NCBI GenBank assembly: GCA_024277355.1
Contig: JAJRVL010000005.1
Span: forward strand, 30,001 to 62,000
Reading direction: 5' to 3'
Origin: an archaeon
GTDB lineage: Archaea; Iainarchaeota; Iainarchaeia; Iainarchaeales; 1-14-0-10-31-34
Length of the DNA stretch: 32,000 nt
Below, piece by piece: positions 16,259 to 24,836 of the stretch (the first letter of the stretch is position 1; every line of letters starts with the position of its first letter). The position numbers were made by a program, and so were the translations under genes. The notes below the pieces were generated by a model. The model had not been told where the DNA came from. It ran no database searches and saw only the letters and a program-made list of their open reading frames with translations.

Positions 16259-16435
16259 TTACACCTTTTTTTTCTCGCTTGTTGGATACAAATGTGTTAT
16301 ATTGCATCTTCTTTTTTTTATGCCTTTTCCTTCTATAAAAGCATAATCTCCTTTAACGGATGTTACAACTACTTTTTTTCCTGCTTCTCTTCCTTTTCTT
16401 TTAATACATATTCTTCCTGGTTCAATTAAAGCCAT
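16259..16435 (-). CDS. rpl14e: Ribosomal protein eL14, 58 aa (not in supplied ORF track)
   Basis: Hand translation: MALIEPGRICIKRKGREAGKKVVVTSVKGDYAFIEGKGIKKRRCNITHLYPTSEKKKV*. Contains L14e hallmarks GRxC.K..GREAG and K(K/R)RRCNI.HL.PT, in the conserved position next to cmk and S13. Confidence 0.93.
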   Translation of the reverse strand: MALIEPGRICIKRKGREAGKKVVVTSVKGDYAFIEGKGIKKRRCNITHLYPTSEKKKV

Positions 16436-16441
16436 TTTTTA

Positions 16442-16953
16442 TCACTCTTTATGCATTTTTTCCAAGTATTTTTTTATTAATCCTATTATGCTGTCTTGGT
16501 CTAATTTGTCTGTGTTTATAACTAAATCATATACTTGTAAATCATAAATATTTATTCCATAATTATTCAAGAAACTTTTTTCTTGTTCTATTTCTTTCAT
16601 TTCAATTTTTTCTAATGCTTCTCCTACTGGAATTTTTTCTTTTTCTGACATTTTTTTTGCTCTTAATTTTTTGTATGTTTTTAAAAAAACTTTTAAGTCT
16701 GCGTTGTTTATTGTCCATGCTGCTAATGCATGATCTATTATTATATCATTTTTTTTGCTTCTTGTTCTATTATTTGTTTTATTTTTTCTGTGAATTCTTC
16801 TTCTTTTATTTTTTCTATTGGTAAATTTGTTTCAACTGCAATTCTTTTTTTTATTTCTGCATCTGAAAAATACCTTAAGCCTGCTTGCAATGCTAATAGC
16901 TTGCTTAACTCTTTTGTTGTTGTTCCTGGATAGCTTGTTATTGTTATAATCAT
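16442..16953 (-). pseudogene. cmk: Cytidylate kinase-like gene, frameshifted at an A8 run and lacking a canonical P-loop
   Basis: N-part 16741-16953 MIITITSYPGTTTKELSKLLALQAGLRYFSDAEI...; C-frame ...DIIIDHALAAWTINNADLKVFLKT...EQEKSFLNNYGINIYDLQVYDLVINTDKLD. A 1-nt insertion in the A8 at 16749-16756 joins them. Location between L34e and L14e is canonical for archaeal cmk. Confidence 0.8.
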
Positions 16954-17291
16954 TTTATCCTCTTGACCATTTGCATTACATAATTTTTTGGTTTCATTTC
17001 TAATTCATTTTCTTTTTTTTCTTTTGAAATTATTTTTACTGCTTCATCTATTACTTTTGTTCTGCATTTAGTGCATAAAACTCCTCCAAAAGGAACTGAA
17101 GGTCTTTTTTGTGTTTTGCTTAGTTTTGTTATTTTTCCTGGTCCTTTTGAATGCGGTACTCCTAATAAAGTATTTTTGCATAAACCGCATTTATGTTTTG
17201 CTTTTTTTGCTTTGTCATAAAATGCTTTGCTTTTTCCTTTTACGCTTCTTCTGAATTTTTTCTTTTTTGTTTTATCACTTGGTTTTGTCAT
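16950..17291 (-). CDS. rpl34e: Ribosomal protein eL34
   Basis: KCGLCKNTLLGVPHSKGPGKITKLSKTQKRPSVPFGGVLCTKCRTKVI. ATG at 17291 (MTKPSDK) is preferred; the track start at 17300 is a GTG inside the SD-like GTGAT. Confidence 0.95.
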   Translation of the reverse strand: MTKPSDKTKKKKFRRSVKGKSKAFYDKAKKAKHKCGLCKNTLLGVPHSKGPGKITKLSKTQKRPSVPFGGVLCTKCRTKVIDEAVKIISKEKKENELEMKPKNYVMQMVKRIK

Positions 17292-17296
17292 AAAAA

Positions 17297-17761
17297 TCAC
17301 TTCTCAATTATTTTCATTACTGCATTAAAAATCAAACTAAATATAATGCTTGAAATCATATACCATACAATATATGGAGCAAAGAAAAATTCCGGAACCT
17401 GCCATCCAAATACAATAAATGTTTCTTTTGCATAACTGCTTACTCCTAAATAAAATATTGGTAAAATTACAACAAAGGATGCTATCATAAATTTTTGCAT
17501 TCCTTTGAACATGTCTTTCATGTCCTGCATTAATTCTATGTTTAATTGTTCTGCTTCTTTTCTTGATTTTTCATCCTGATTTTTCATTAATTCTTTTAGT
17601 TTTTTTTGTTTTTCTTTCATTTTGTCTTGTTTGGCTTTTTGTTCTTTTTTGTTCATTAATTTTCTTTGCAGTACCTGAGAAATTATTCCCACTAATATTG
17701 CAAATAAACTTACATCAATTACTGCACTAAATACAACCATTATACTCACCGGAAAAAACAC
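17297..17761 (-). CDS. EMC3/TMCO1-family (DUF106) membrane protein, archaeal YidC/Oxa1-superfamily insertase
   Basis: Three hydrophobic segments with a coiled-coil: LQRKLMNKKEQKAKQDKMKEKQKKLKELMKNQDEK... Lies directly downstream of secY, as in many archaea. Confidence 0.88.
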   Translation of the reverse strand: MFFPVSIMVVFSAVIDVSLFAILVGIISQVLQRKLMNKKEQKAKQDKMKEKQKKLKELMKNQDEKSRKEAEQLNIELMQDMKDMFKGMQKFMIASFVVILPIFYLGVSSYAKETFIVFGWQVPEFFFAPYIVWYMISSIIFSLIFNAVMKIIEK

Positions 17762-17767
17762 TAAAAA

Positions 17768-17814
17768 AAGGTTTAATACTTTATTATTTGTTTAACATCA
17801 TTGTTTTAAACCTT
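17768..17814 (-). terminator. Candidate terminator-like inverted repeat 3' of secY
   Basis: AAGGTTTAA (17768-17776) / TTAAACCTT (17806-17814), a perfect 9-bp stem. On the minus strand it is followed directly by a T-tract (CCTTTTTTTAG). Confidence 0.45.
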
Positions 17815-17817
17815 GTT

Positions 17818-19194
17818 TTATCCTCCGAATAATTTCTTCATTAATGGGTTTGTTTCCATTAATTGTTGTTTTGCTAATTCTTCATATAACTTATAAACTA
17901 TTCCTACTGTCAATAAAATTCCTGTTCCTGAACCTAATGCTCCTGTTAAATCTGCTAGTCCTGCTAAAAGTCCTACAAAAGCTGAACCTAAAATTGTTAT
18001 TGGAGGAATATATCTGTCTAAAATACTTCTAATTATTCTTGGGTCTCTTCTAAATCCTGGAATATACATTCCTGAATTGCTTAATTGTTTGCTTACTGCT
18101 TCAGGTCCTTGGCCTCCCATATCAACCCAGAATTTTCCAAAGACAATGCATGCTCCGACTAAAATTACTAAATAAACTATTGCATGGAATATATCAAACC
18201 ATACTGCCTGCAGTCCTTCAATTACTCCAAATGTTCCAACATTTATTGCTAATTTATCAATTAAATCAAATGGTGCACTAACATAAAATGAAACAGTGTT
18301 CATTATTGGCCCTAAAAAACCGCCAATAAATGGAATATCCGGCGCAATCATTGCCCATAACTGAATATTTGCAAATAAGGCCACTGCTAGAATTACAGGA
18401 ATATTTGAAACATATAATAATTTTACTGGAAACCTTCCGCCTGTTCCTTTTCTTCCCATTGTTATTGGAATATTTACATGCATTCCTTCAGCATAAACTA
18501 CAACAAAAAATACAATTAAAGTTGAAACTAAAGGCAGTAAAAGAAGGAAGTCTATTCCTGATGCAAATGATGTAATAAAATTCCATAAAATTCCAGGTGC
18601 AATTGGATTGCCTGGTGTTGCAATACCAAACAGTCTCCAAAAAATTGATTCTGATACTCCGCCTGCAATAAATAATCCTATTCCTGAACCTATTCCATAT
18701 TTTGATACTACTTCATCTAAATAAAGTAAAATAATTGAACCAAAAGCAACTTGTAATATTACTGGAACTAACATTCCTGCTGAAGGCTGAAGCATTCCTG
18801 AAACAGAATAAACTCCTGCTTCAAAAAAACATAAAACTATTGCAAATAATTTTTGTAAACCAGAAAATCTTGCTTTGTCTTTTGGATTGCTTAAATCAAT
18901 GTCAATTATTTTTCCGCCTACAAGCAACTGTAAAATAATTGAGGCTAATACGACTGGGCCAATTCCTGCTGTAATTAATGAACCAATTTTTGATGCTAAA
19001 ATTACCTGTAAATTAGCTAAAGCTCCTTCAGATGAAGCACTTAAGCCAATTACACTGATGTTTCCCAATACAAAAAACAAAATTAAAGCTAATGCACTCC
19101 ACATTAATTTTTTCTTTAATGGAGGTGCAATTTCTGGTGCTTTTACTTCAGGCAGCATTTTATATACTGGTTCTAAAACGTCAAGTAAACTCAT
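17818..19194 (-). CDS. secY: Preprotein translocase subunit SecY
   Basis: Multi-TM protein; DLSNPKDKARFSGLQKL..., GSGIGLFIAGGVSESIF, NIPITMGRKGTGGRFPVKLLYVSNIPVI, SGMYIPGFRRDPR. Confidence 0.98.
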   Translation of the reverse strand: MSLLDVLEPVYKMLPEVKAPEIAPPLKKKLMWSALALILFFVLGNISVIGLSASSEGALANLQVILASKIGSLITAGIGPVVLASIILQLLVGGKIIDIDLSNPKDKARFSGLQKLFAIVLCFFEAGVYSVSGMLQPSAGMLVPVILQVAFGSIILLYLDEVVSKYGIGSGIGLFIAGGVSESIFWRLFGIATPGNPIAPGILWNFITSFASGIDFLLLLPLVSTLIVFFVVVYAEGMHVNIPITMGRKGTGGRFPVKLLYVSNIPVILAVALFANIQLWAMIAPDIPFIGGFLGPIMNTVSFYVSAPFDLIDKLAINVGTFGVIEGLQAVWFDIFHAIVYLVILVGACIVFGKFWVDMGGQGPEAVSKQLSNSGMYIPGFRRDPRIIRSILDRYIPPITILGSAFVGLLAGLADLTGALGSGTGILLTVGIVYKLYEELAKQQLMETNPLMKKLFGG

Positions 19195-19604
19195 TGAATT
19201 TTTCCTCCAATGGCTTCTATTTTTTCTTTTGCATTTTGTGTTACTTTAATGTTTTTTGTTTCAACTTTTATATTGATGTCGCCTCTTCCTAAGATTTTGC
19301 CTAAACTGCATTTTTTTCCGTCAACAACAAAAATTTCATTGTTTTTTTCAATTAATTTTTTTTCTAATTTAGTGTTTAAGTATTTTTCTAATTCACTTAA
19401 ATTTATGCTGTCGCCTTTATTTTTTGGCTTTAATCTGATTTTAGTTCCAAAGTCAACGTAATATTTACTGAATTTATGTTTAGTGCTTCCTGCTCTTCCA
19501 ACTCCGCCTCTGACTCCGGCTCCTCTTCTGTTTTTTGTGTTTCCTTTTCCGTGATATCTTTGTCCTCTTAATTTATTTGTTTTTTTACTTCTTCTTACAA
19601 CCAT
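19191..19604 (-). CDS. rpl15: Ribosomal protein uL15
   Basis: RRSKKTNKLRGQRYHGKGNTKNRRGAGVRGGVGRAGSTKHKF. Confidence 0.96.
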   Translation of the reverse strand: MVVRRSKKTNKLRGQRYHGKGNTKNRRGAGVRGGVGRAGSTKHKFSKYYVDFGTKIRLKPKNKGDSINLSELEKYLNTKLEKKLIEKNNEIFVVDGKKCSLGKILGRGDINIKVETKNIKVTQNAKEKIEAIGGKIQ

Positions 19605-19615
19605 TAAAACACACC

Positions 19616-20077
19616 TTAAATCATTTTGCTTATTAACTTGTTTATTTCTGTAGCCCTGTAACCTAATACTCCGCCTGCAGAAAAAGCTTTTTTTATTCCT
19701 GCTCTTTCAAATCCTTTTTTTGGAGGGCTTAACCTAAAAACAGGTTTTATTTCTAATTCTTTCAATGAAACTTCTTTTGCAGTTAATTTTTCTGCTAATT
19801 CTTTGAATGAATTAATTTTTTTTTCTTTCAGGAAATCTACTGAAACTTTTTTATTTCCTTTAATTACTGCTCTTTTAATTAAAACTTTTTCTAATGTTTC
19901 TGAAGTTATTTCTCCAAAAGTAACATAATCCTGTACTTTTTCAACCATTTTTCTTGATTGTTTTTCTTCATTAACTAAAACTAAATGGTTTACTCTGAAA
20001 AGCCTTAACATTTTCATTGTATTGTTTAAGTCTTTTTTTACGCCAATGCTTCCTCTTATTCTTATTACTGCTAACAT
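19616..20077 (-). CDS. rpl30: Ribosomal protein uL30
   Basis: LAVIRIRGSIGVKKDLNNTMKMLRLFRVNHLVLVNEE...FRLSPPKKGFERAGIKKAFSAGGVLGYRATEINKLI. Confidence 0.96.
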   Translation of the reverse strand: MLAVIRIRGSIGVKKDLNNTMKMLRLFRVNHLVLVNEEKQSRKMVEKVQDYVTFGEITSETLEKVLIKRAVIKGNKKVSVDFLKEKKINSFKELAEKLTAKEVSLKELEIKPVFRLSPPKKGFERAGIKKAFSAGGVLGYRATEINKLISKMI

Positions 20078-20081
20078 GTTA

Positions 20082-20768
20082 TCACTTTGCTACCTTTTTT
20101 TTTATTTCATCTGATACTTTAAGTGAAGTTGTTTTTGATAAAGCATTAATTGTTGCTCTAATGAAATTTAATTTTGTTTCTGTTGAACCGCTTGTTTTGC
20201 TCCATACATCTCTTATTCCTACAAAATCAAATACATCTTTAATGTTGTTTCCTACAACTAATCCTGTTCCTTTTGGAGCAGGCATTAATTCTATTTTAAC
20301 TGATGAGGCTTTTCCTTTTACTTTGAATGGAATTGAATGTCCTGTTCCACAAGTGCATTCCCATGAACCGCATCCTTTTCTTATTCTAGTTAAATTTAAT
20401 TTTGCTCTTCTTGTTGCTTTTCTTACTGCAGGCCATTTTTCTTTGTGTTTTCCTGTTCCAATTCCTAAAAATTCTTTTTTGTCTCCAATTAATACTGTTG
20501 CTCTGAAAGAAAACTGTCTTCCTGCTCTTCTTACTTTAGTTGTTTTTGTAAAGTCAACCATTTTTTCTTCTAAGTCTGGAAATATATAATCAAGTATTTG
20601 CGGTTCAATTAATGGAAGTTTTGATTCAATTACTTCATTCATTGAAGAAATTTCTCCGCCTTTAACTTTTTTTCCTAAAATTGTTTTTGGAATCCATTCA
20701 TCTTTTTCCTTTTGTTTTTCTCTTTCTCTTCTTTCTTCTCTTCCTTCTCTTCTTCTTTCAGTTTTCAT
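20082..20768 (-). CDS. rps5: Ribosomal protein uS5
   Basis: KTTKVRRAGRQFSFRATVLIGDKKEFLGIGTGKHKEKWPAVRKATRRAKLNLTRIRKGCGSWECTCGTGHSIPFKVKGKASSVKIELMPAPKGTGLVVG. Confidence 0.98.
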   Translation of the reverse strand: MKTERRREGREERREREKQKEKDEWIPKTILGKKVKGGEISSMNEVIESKLPLIEPQILDYIFPDLEEKMVDFTKTTKVRRAGRQFSFRATVLIGDKKEFLGIGTGKHKEKWPAVRKATRRAKLNLTRIRKGCGSWECTCGTGHSIPFKVKGKASSVKIELMPAPKGTGLVVGNNIKDVFDFVGIRDVWSKTSGSTETKLNFIRATINALSKTTSLKVSDEIKKKVAK

Positions 20769-21343
20769 TCTTTTTCACCGTATTTTTTCTTTATTTCATT
20801 AAGAGTGTTTTCAAAGTATTCATTTATTTTGTTTTTTTCTATTCCTTTTTTTGCGTATTCTGCAAATTCTTTTTTGAATTTTTCTTCATCTAATGAAGTT
20901 AAGTATTTTTCAATTGATTTTCCGTTAATTTTTTCTTGTTTTGGAAAAGCACTTTCATTAAAAGGAATTTTTAGTTTTGCATCAACTGCTCCTTTTAATG
21001 CTGCAAAAACAATTGAACCATGAATTGGAGTGTTTCTTCCAATATCTAATACTGCTTCTTTTGTATCTTTTGCTTTTAATATACAAATCATTCCAGTTAA
21101 ATAAGCTGAAGGAATATTTTTTGTATTAAGTTTCCATCCCAGTTTTTTTAATTCATTTGAATTTGCATGAGATAAAACTTTGTCTCCGTCTTTTTTGTAT
21201 TCAATTAATTGTACAGTTATTATTTTGTTGCTTTTTCTTACAACTAATCTTGGCTTATTTCCTTTAAGCAAAGCAAGCCTTTTTTTGTAATCTGTATTAT
21301 GTCTTCTTCTTCTGAATTTTACTTCATAAGTTGAGTGGCTCAC
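20765..21343 (-). CDS. rpl18: Ribosomal protein uL18
   Basis: TYEVKFRRRRHNTDYKKRLALLKGNKPRLVVRKSNKIITVQLIEY...NIPSAYLTGMI. Confidence 0.97.
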   Translation of the reverse strand: MSHSTYEVKFRRRRHNTDYKKRLALLKGNKPRLVVRKSNKIITVQLIEYKKDGDKVLSHANSNELKKLGWKLNTKNIPSAYLTGMICILKAKDTKEAVLDIGRNTPIHGSIVFAALKGAVDAKLKIPFNESAFPKQEKINGKSIEKYLTSLDEEKFKKEFAEYAKKGIEKNKINEYFENTLNEIKKKYGEKE

Positions 21344-21780
21344 TTTTTATCACCTTTAACCATTGCTTCAACATATTTCTTTCCTTTGAAATAATTTCCT
21401 TTAATCATTTTGTAAATTTTTCCATACTGTCCTTTTTCCATTTTAACTTCTTTTTTAAGTTCTTTTAGTTTTTTTCTTTGAGCTCTGACTTTTTTTATCC
21501 ATTTTTCTTTTTTGTTTGTTCTTGCTTTTATTGTTCCTTTTCTTTTTCCTTTTCCTCTTTTTCTTCCTTTTGTTTTCTTTTCTTTTAATTTTCTTGCTCT
21601 TGCCCTGCTTTGATAATTGTCTTTTCTTTTTCTGACTATTCTTTCTTTTATTAATTGTCTTACATCTTCTTTTGTCATACTTTCTTTTATTCTTTCAGTA
21701 TCTTTGTCTGAAAAAACTATTTTGGTTTTTCCAACTTTTAGTATTTCTGCTGCCATTCTTCTTATTTTATTTAACTGCAT
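21340..21780 (-). CDS. rpl19e: Ribosomal protein eL19
   Basis: LNKIRRMAAEILKVGKTKIVFSDKDTERIKESMTKEDVRQLIKERIV...GKRKGTIKARTNKKEKWIKKVRAQRKKLKELK. Confidence 0.96.
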   Translation of the reverse strand: MQLNKIRRMAAEILKVGKTKIVFSDKDTERIKESMTKEDVRQLIKERIVRKRKDNYQSRARARKLKEKKTKGRKRGKGKRKGTIKARTNKKEKWIKKVRAQRKKLKELKKEVKMEKGQYGKIYKMIKGNYFKGKKYVEAMVKGDKK

Positions 21781-21791
21781 TTTTCATCACT

Positions 21792-22508
21792 TCAGTTTAA
21801 AATCCTTAAATTCATTTCTTTTGCTGTTTTAAGTATTTCTTTTCTTGCTTTTTTTCCTAGTGTTCCTTTTAGTCTTACAACAACTTTTCCTTTTACATCT
21901 TTTAATTCATTTAAATTTCTTATATAAACTTCTTCTAATCCTGACGGATGTAAATTTCTGATTTCTTTTGGTGTTCTGAATCCAGTTAATGGCTTTGCTC
22001 CGTTTTCTTTTTTAAGGAAAAAGTCTATTCCTCTTGGTTTTCTCCATTTCTGCCATTTTTTTATTGCTTTTCTTCTTAACCATGCTTTTCCAAAGTTTCC
22101 TCTTATTGTTGGAACATGTTTCTGTTTTATTTTTTCCTGTAATTTTTTTTGTTCTTCTGTCTTTTTAATTTTATTTACTGCTTTTGGCTTCTTTTTTTCT
22201 TTTGGTTTCTGAATAACAGGTTTTTTGTCTTTGGTTTCTTTTTTTTCTGTTTTAGTTTCTTTTGCTGATTCAACTGGTTTTTCTTTTGTTTCTTTGTTTT
22301 GTTCTTCTGTTTTCTTTTCAGTTTTTATTTCTTTTTTTTCAGTAATAATTTCTTTTTTAGCATCTTTGTTTTCTTTAAGTGGTTTTTCAGTAACTTCTTT
22401 TTTCATTGATTCTTCTTTAATTAATTCTTTCTTTTCTGTAATTTCTTTTTTTGGTGTTGTTTCGGCTTTTTCTTTTAATTCTGCTTGTTTAATTATTTCT
22501 TCTGCCAT
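21792..22508 (-). CDS. rpl32e: Ribosomal protein eL32 with ~110 aa K/E-rich N-terminal extension
   Basis: Core FGKAWLRRKAIKKWQKWRKPRGIDFFLKKENGAKPLTGFRTPKEIRNLHPSGLEEVYIRNLNELKDV. Confidence 0.95.
   Translation of the reverse strand: MAEEIIKQAELKEKAETTPKKEITEKKELIKEESMKKEVTEKPLKENKDAKKEIITEKKEIKTEKKTEEQNKETKEKPVESAKETKTEKKETKDKKPVIQKPKEKKKPKAVNKIKKTEEQKKLQEKIKQKHVPTIRGNFGKAWLRRKAIKKWQKWRKPRGIDFFLKKENGAKPLTGFRTPKEIRNLHPSGLEEVYIRNLNELKDVKGKVVVRLKGTLGKKARKEILKTAKEMNLRILN
22237..22288. repeat. 52-nt perfect repeat, copy 2 (within L32e N-terminal extension)
   Basis: Identical to 12917-12968. Confidence 0.9.
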
Positions 22509-23044
22509 TATTCATTCACCTTTTTTTCTGTTAAATATATTCCATCCTGAAAAACTCTTGTGTCTCTGTTTTTAATTTTTGTTGCTGTTTCAAGATTTGC
22601 TGCTGTCTGTCCTATTTCTTCTTTATTGATTCCTTTTAATGTAAGTTCTTTTCCTTTTATTTCAACTTTTGTTTGTCCGGATATTTCTGCAGTTCTTGGT
22701 TTTTTTTCTCCGGTAAAATTGTTTATTTCAATTGTGTTTCCTTTTACTGCGGCATTTATTGGAAAATGTGAAAATACTATTTTCATTTTGTAAGTATATC
22801 CTTTGTTTGTTCCTTCAATCATGTTTTTTATATGTGCGTTGACTGTGTTAATCATTGCTTTGGTTCTTTTTGTGTCTTTTCCTGCTGTAATGCTTATTTT
22901 GTTTTCTTTAATTTCTATTTTTATTTTATTGTGTGTAAAATCTCTTTCAATAAACCCTAATTTTCCAGTTATTTTTAGTTTGTTTCTGTTTAATTCTGTT
23001 TTGGTTCCTTCAGGAATTTCAATTATTTTTTCTTGTGTTTTCAT
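22508..23044 (-). CDS. rpl6: Ribosomal protein uL6
   Basis: IEIPEGTKTELNRNKLKITGKLGFIERDF...GTNKGYTYKMKIVFSHFPINAAVKGNTIEINNFTGEKKPR. Confidence 0.96.
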   Translation of the reverse strand: MKTQEKIIEIPEGTKTELNRNKLKITGKLGFIERDFTHNKIKIEIKENKISITAGKDTKRTKAMINTVNAHIKNMIEGTNKGYTYKMKIVFSHFPINAAVKGNTIEINNFTGEKKPRTAEISGQTKVEIKGKELTLKGINKEEIGQTAANLETATKIKNRDTRVFQDGIYLTEKKVNE

Positions 23045-23072
23045 TTTATCACATTTTATTTAATCTAAAAGT

Positions 23073-23465
23073 TTAATATATAAAAGCAACAAGCCTTCCG
23101 CCTATTTCTTTCTTTTTTGCTTCTGCGTGTGTCATTACTCCTTGTGAAGTTGAAACAATTATTGTTCCTATATCTTTTGAAGGTAAAAATCTTTTTTCGT
23201 ATTTTTCGTATTCGTTTTTCTTTACTGCATATCTTGGTTTAATTGTTTTGCATTGATTTATTTTTCCCATTAATTGTACTTTGAACATTCCGTCTCTTCC
23301 ATCGTCAATTAACTCGTATTTTCCTATAAATCCTTTTTTGAGTAATATTTTGAGTATTTCTCCAATTAATTTTGATGCAGGTTTAAATGTGCATTCTTTT
23401 TTTGATGCATTTTCATGGTTTTTTAAGTTTATTAATGCATCTGATACTGGATCTGTTAAGCTCAT
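23073..23465 (-). CDS. rps8: Ribosomal protein uS8
   Basis: MSLTDPVSDALINLKNHENASKKECTFKPASKLIGEILKILLKKGFIG...IGTIIVSTSQGVMTHAEAKKKEIGGRLVAFIY. ATG 23465 preferred; the track start at 23474 is a GTG inside the GGTGA SD. Confidence 0.96.
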   Translation of the reverse strand: MSLTDPVSDALINLKNHENASKKECTFKPASKLIGEILKILLKKGFIGKYELIDDGRDGMFKVQLMGKINQCKTIKPRYAVKKNEYEKYEKRFLPSKDIGTIIVSTSQGVMTHAEAKKKEIGGRLVAFIY

Positions 23466-23476
23466 AATTTTCACCT

Positions 23477-23611
23477 TTAATTATATTTTTTAAACCCCAT
23501 TTTTGGTGCTCTTTCTTTAAAGCATCTCCTGCAAATCTGCATTCCATACTTTCTGATTACTCCTCTTCTGCTTTTACATACTGTGCAATTTACTTCTTTT
23601 TTGTTAATCAT
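23477..23611 (-). CDS. rps14: Ribosomal protein uS14, zinc-binding type, 44 aa (not in supplied ORF track)
   Basis: Hand translation: [44 protein letters not shown]. CxxC...CxxC between S8 and L5; 4-nt start/stop overlap with L5. Confidence 0.96.
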   Translation of the reverse strand: MINKKEVNCTVCKSRRGVIRKYGMQICRRCFKERAPKMGFKKYN

Positions 23612-24117
23612 TCAAATTCCACTCCGAATTTTTCTTTTATGAAATTGATTGCTTCATTTTTAGTTATTCTGTGTTTTATTGGTATTTTTCTTGAATTCAT
23701 TTTTCTTTTTTTAATTCTAAATCCTTTTTTTCCCAAGCTAACTAAAACATTAAATCCTTTTATTCCTAGTTTTGGATCATATTTTGTTCCTGGTAAATCA
23801 ATATATTCTTTTATTCCAAACCCAAAATTTCCCTGTAAATCAAAATTACTTTTTTTTAGTGTGTTGTCTTTTGCTTTTAATGCTGTTTTAAGAAATTCTT
23901 CTGCTTTGATTTTTCTTAATGTTACTTTTATGCCTATTGGTAATCCTGGTCTTATTCCCCATAAAGGCTGTTTAATTTTACATTTTGTCTGGATTGTTTT
24001 GCATCCAGTAATTTTTTCTATTATCTGCTGTCCTTTCTTTAATTCTTCTCCTGATTCGCCTACACCCATGTTTACTACAACTTTTTCTATTCTGATTTCT
24101 TTCATTGGGTTTTCCAT
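23608..24117 (-). CDS. rpl5: Ribosomal protein uL5
   Basis: [61 protein letters not shown]...[22 protein letters not shown]. Confidence 0.97.
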   Translation of the reverse strand: MENPMKEIRIEKVVVNMGVGESGEELKKGQQIIEKITGCKTIQTKCKIKQPLWGIRPGLPIGIKVTLRKIKAEEFLKTALKAKDNTLKKSNFDLQGNFGFGIKEYIDLPGTKYDPKLGIKGFNVLVSLGKKGFRIKKRKMNSRKIPIKHRITKNEAINFIKEKFGVEFE

Positions 24118-24122
24118 TTAAG

Positions 24123-24836
24123 TCACCTTAATTCTATTTCTGCTTTTTTTTCTCCTATAATAAACACGTTTGAAGCTGTTGTTCTGAAATTTTTTTCTTT
24201 TGTTTTTAGCTTTATTGTTTTATCTCTGTTGATTGAACCTTTAATTATTTCTTCTATTTCTGCTGTTTCGCCTGAATGGCTTCCGCCTGTAACATAAACA
24301 AGACTTCCTTTTTTTTCTGCTAATTTTTCAATAATTTTTTGTTCTGGAAGAGAAATTTTTATGGTATCTCCTACTTTTAATTCTGTTTTATTTTCAATAA
24401 ATGTTCTTCCGTCATTTGTGTTTAATTGTATTTTTTTTCCTTTCATTTTTTTTCCTGTTATTTTGCATAATTTTGTTGCTTTGCTTTCTTCTGTTTTTAT
24501 TGGTTTAAGTCTTCCTTTTGAATCCAAAACCATTCTAAAATTTTCTTTTGAATCTTCAATTGAAATTAAGTCAAATAAGCCTACTGGGAATTTAATGTCT
24601 TTTCTTATTTTTTGGTCAATTTTTATTTTTTCGTGGTTTAGAATTATTTTTGTTTCTTTGTTGTTTGTTGAGATTTCAAGTAAATCTCTTACTAAAAATC
24701 CTAAAGGAATTGATTGTGATGCATTATGAGGGCCTGCTTTTAATTTGATTGTAAACTTGTTTTCTTTTCTTTTAATGTTTCTGCTTTTATGGACTGAAAG
24801 TCTTTTTTCTTTTCTTGGAGCTCCTTTTTTTGCCAT
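24123..24836 (-). CDS. rps4e: Ribosomal protein eS4
   Basis: NKFTIKLKAGPHNASQSIPLGFLVRDLLEISTNNKETKIILNHEKIKIDQKIRKDIKFPVGLFDLISI...GGSHSGETAEI. Confidence 0.96.
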   Translation of the reverse strand: MAKKGAPRKEKRLSVHKSRNIKRKENKFTIKLKAGPHNASQSIPLGFLVRDLLEISTNNKETKIILNHEKIKIDQKIRKDIKFPVGLFDLISIEDSKENFRMVLDSKGRLKPIKTEESKATKLCKITGKKMKGKKIQLNTNDGRTFIENKTELKVGDTIKISLPEQKIIEKLAEKKGSLVYVTGGSHSGETAEIEEIIKGSINRDKTIKLKTKEKNFRTTASNVFIIGEKKAEIELR

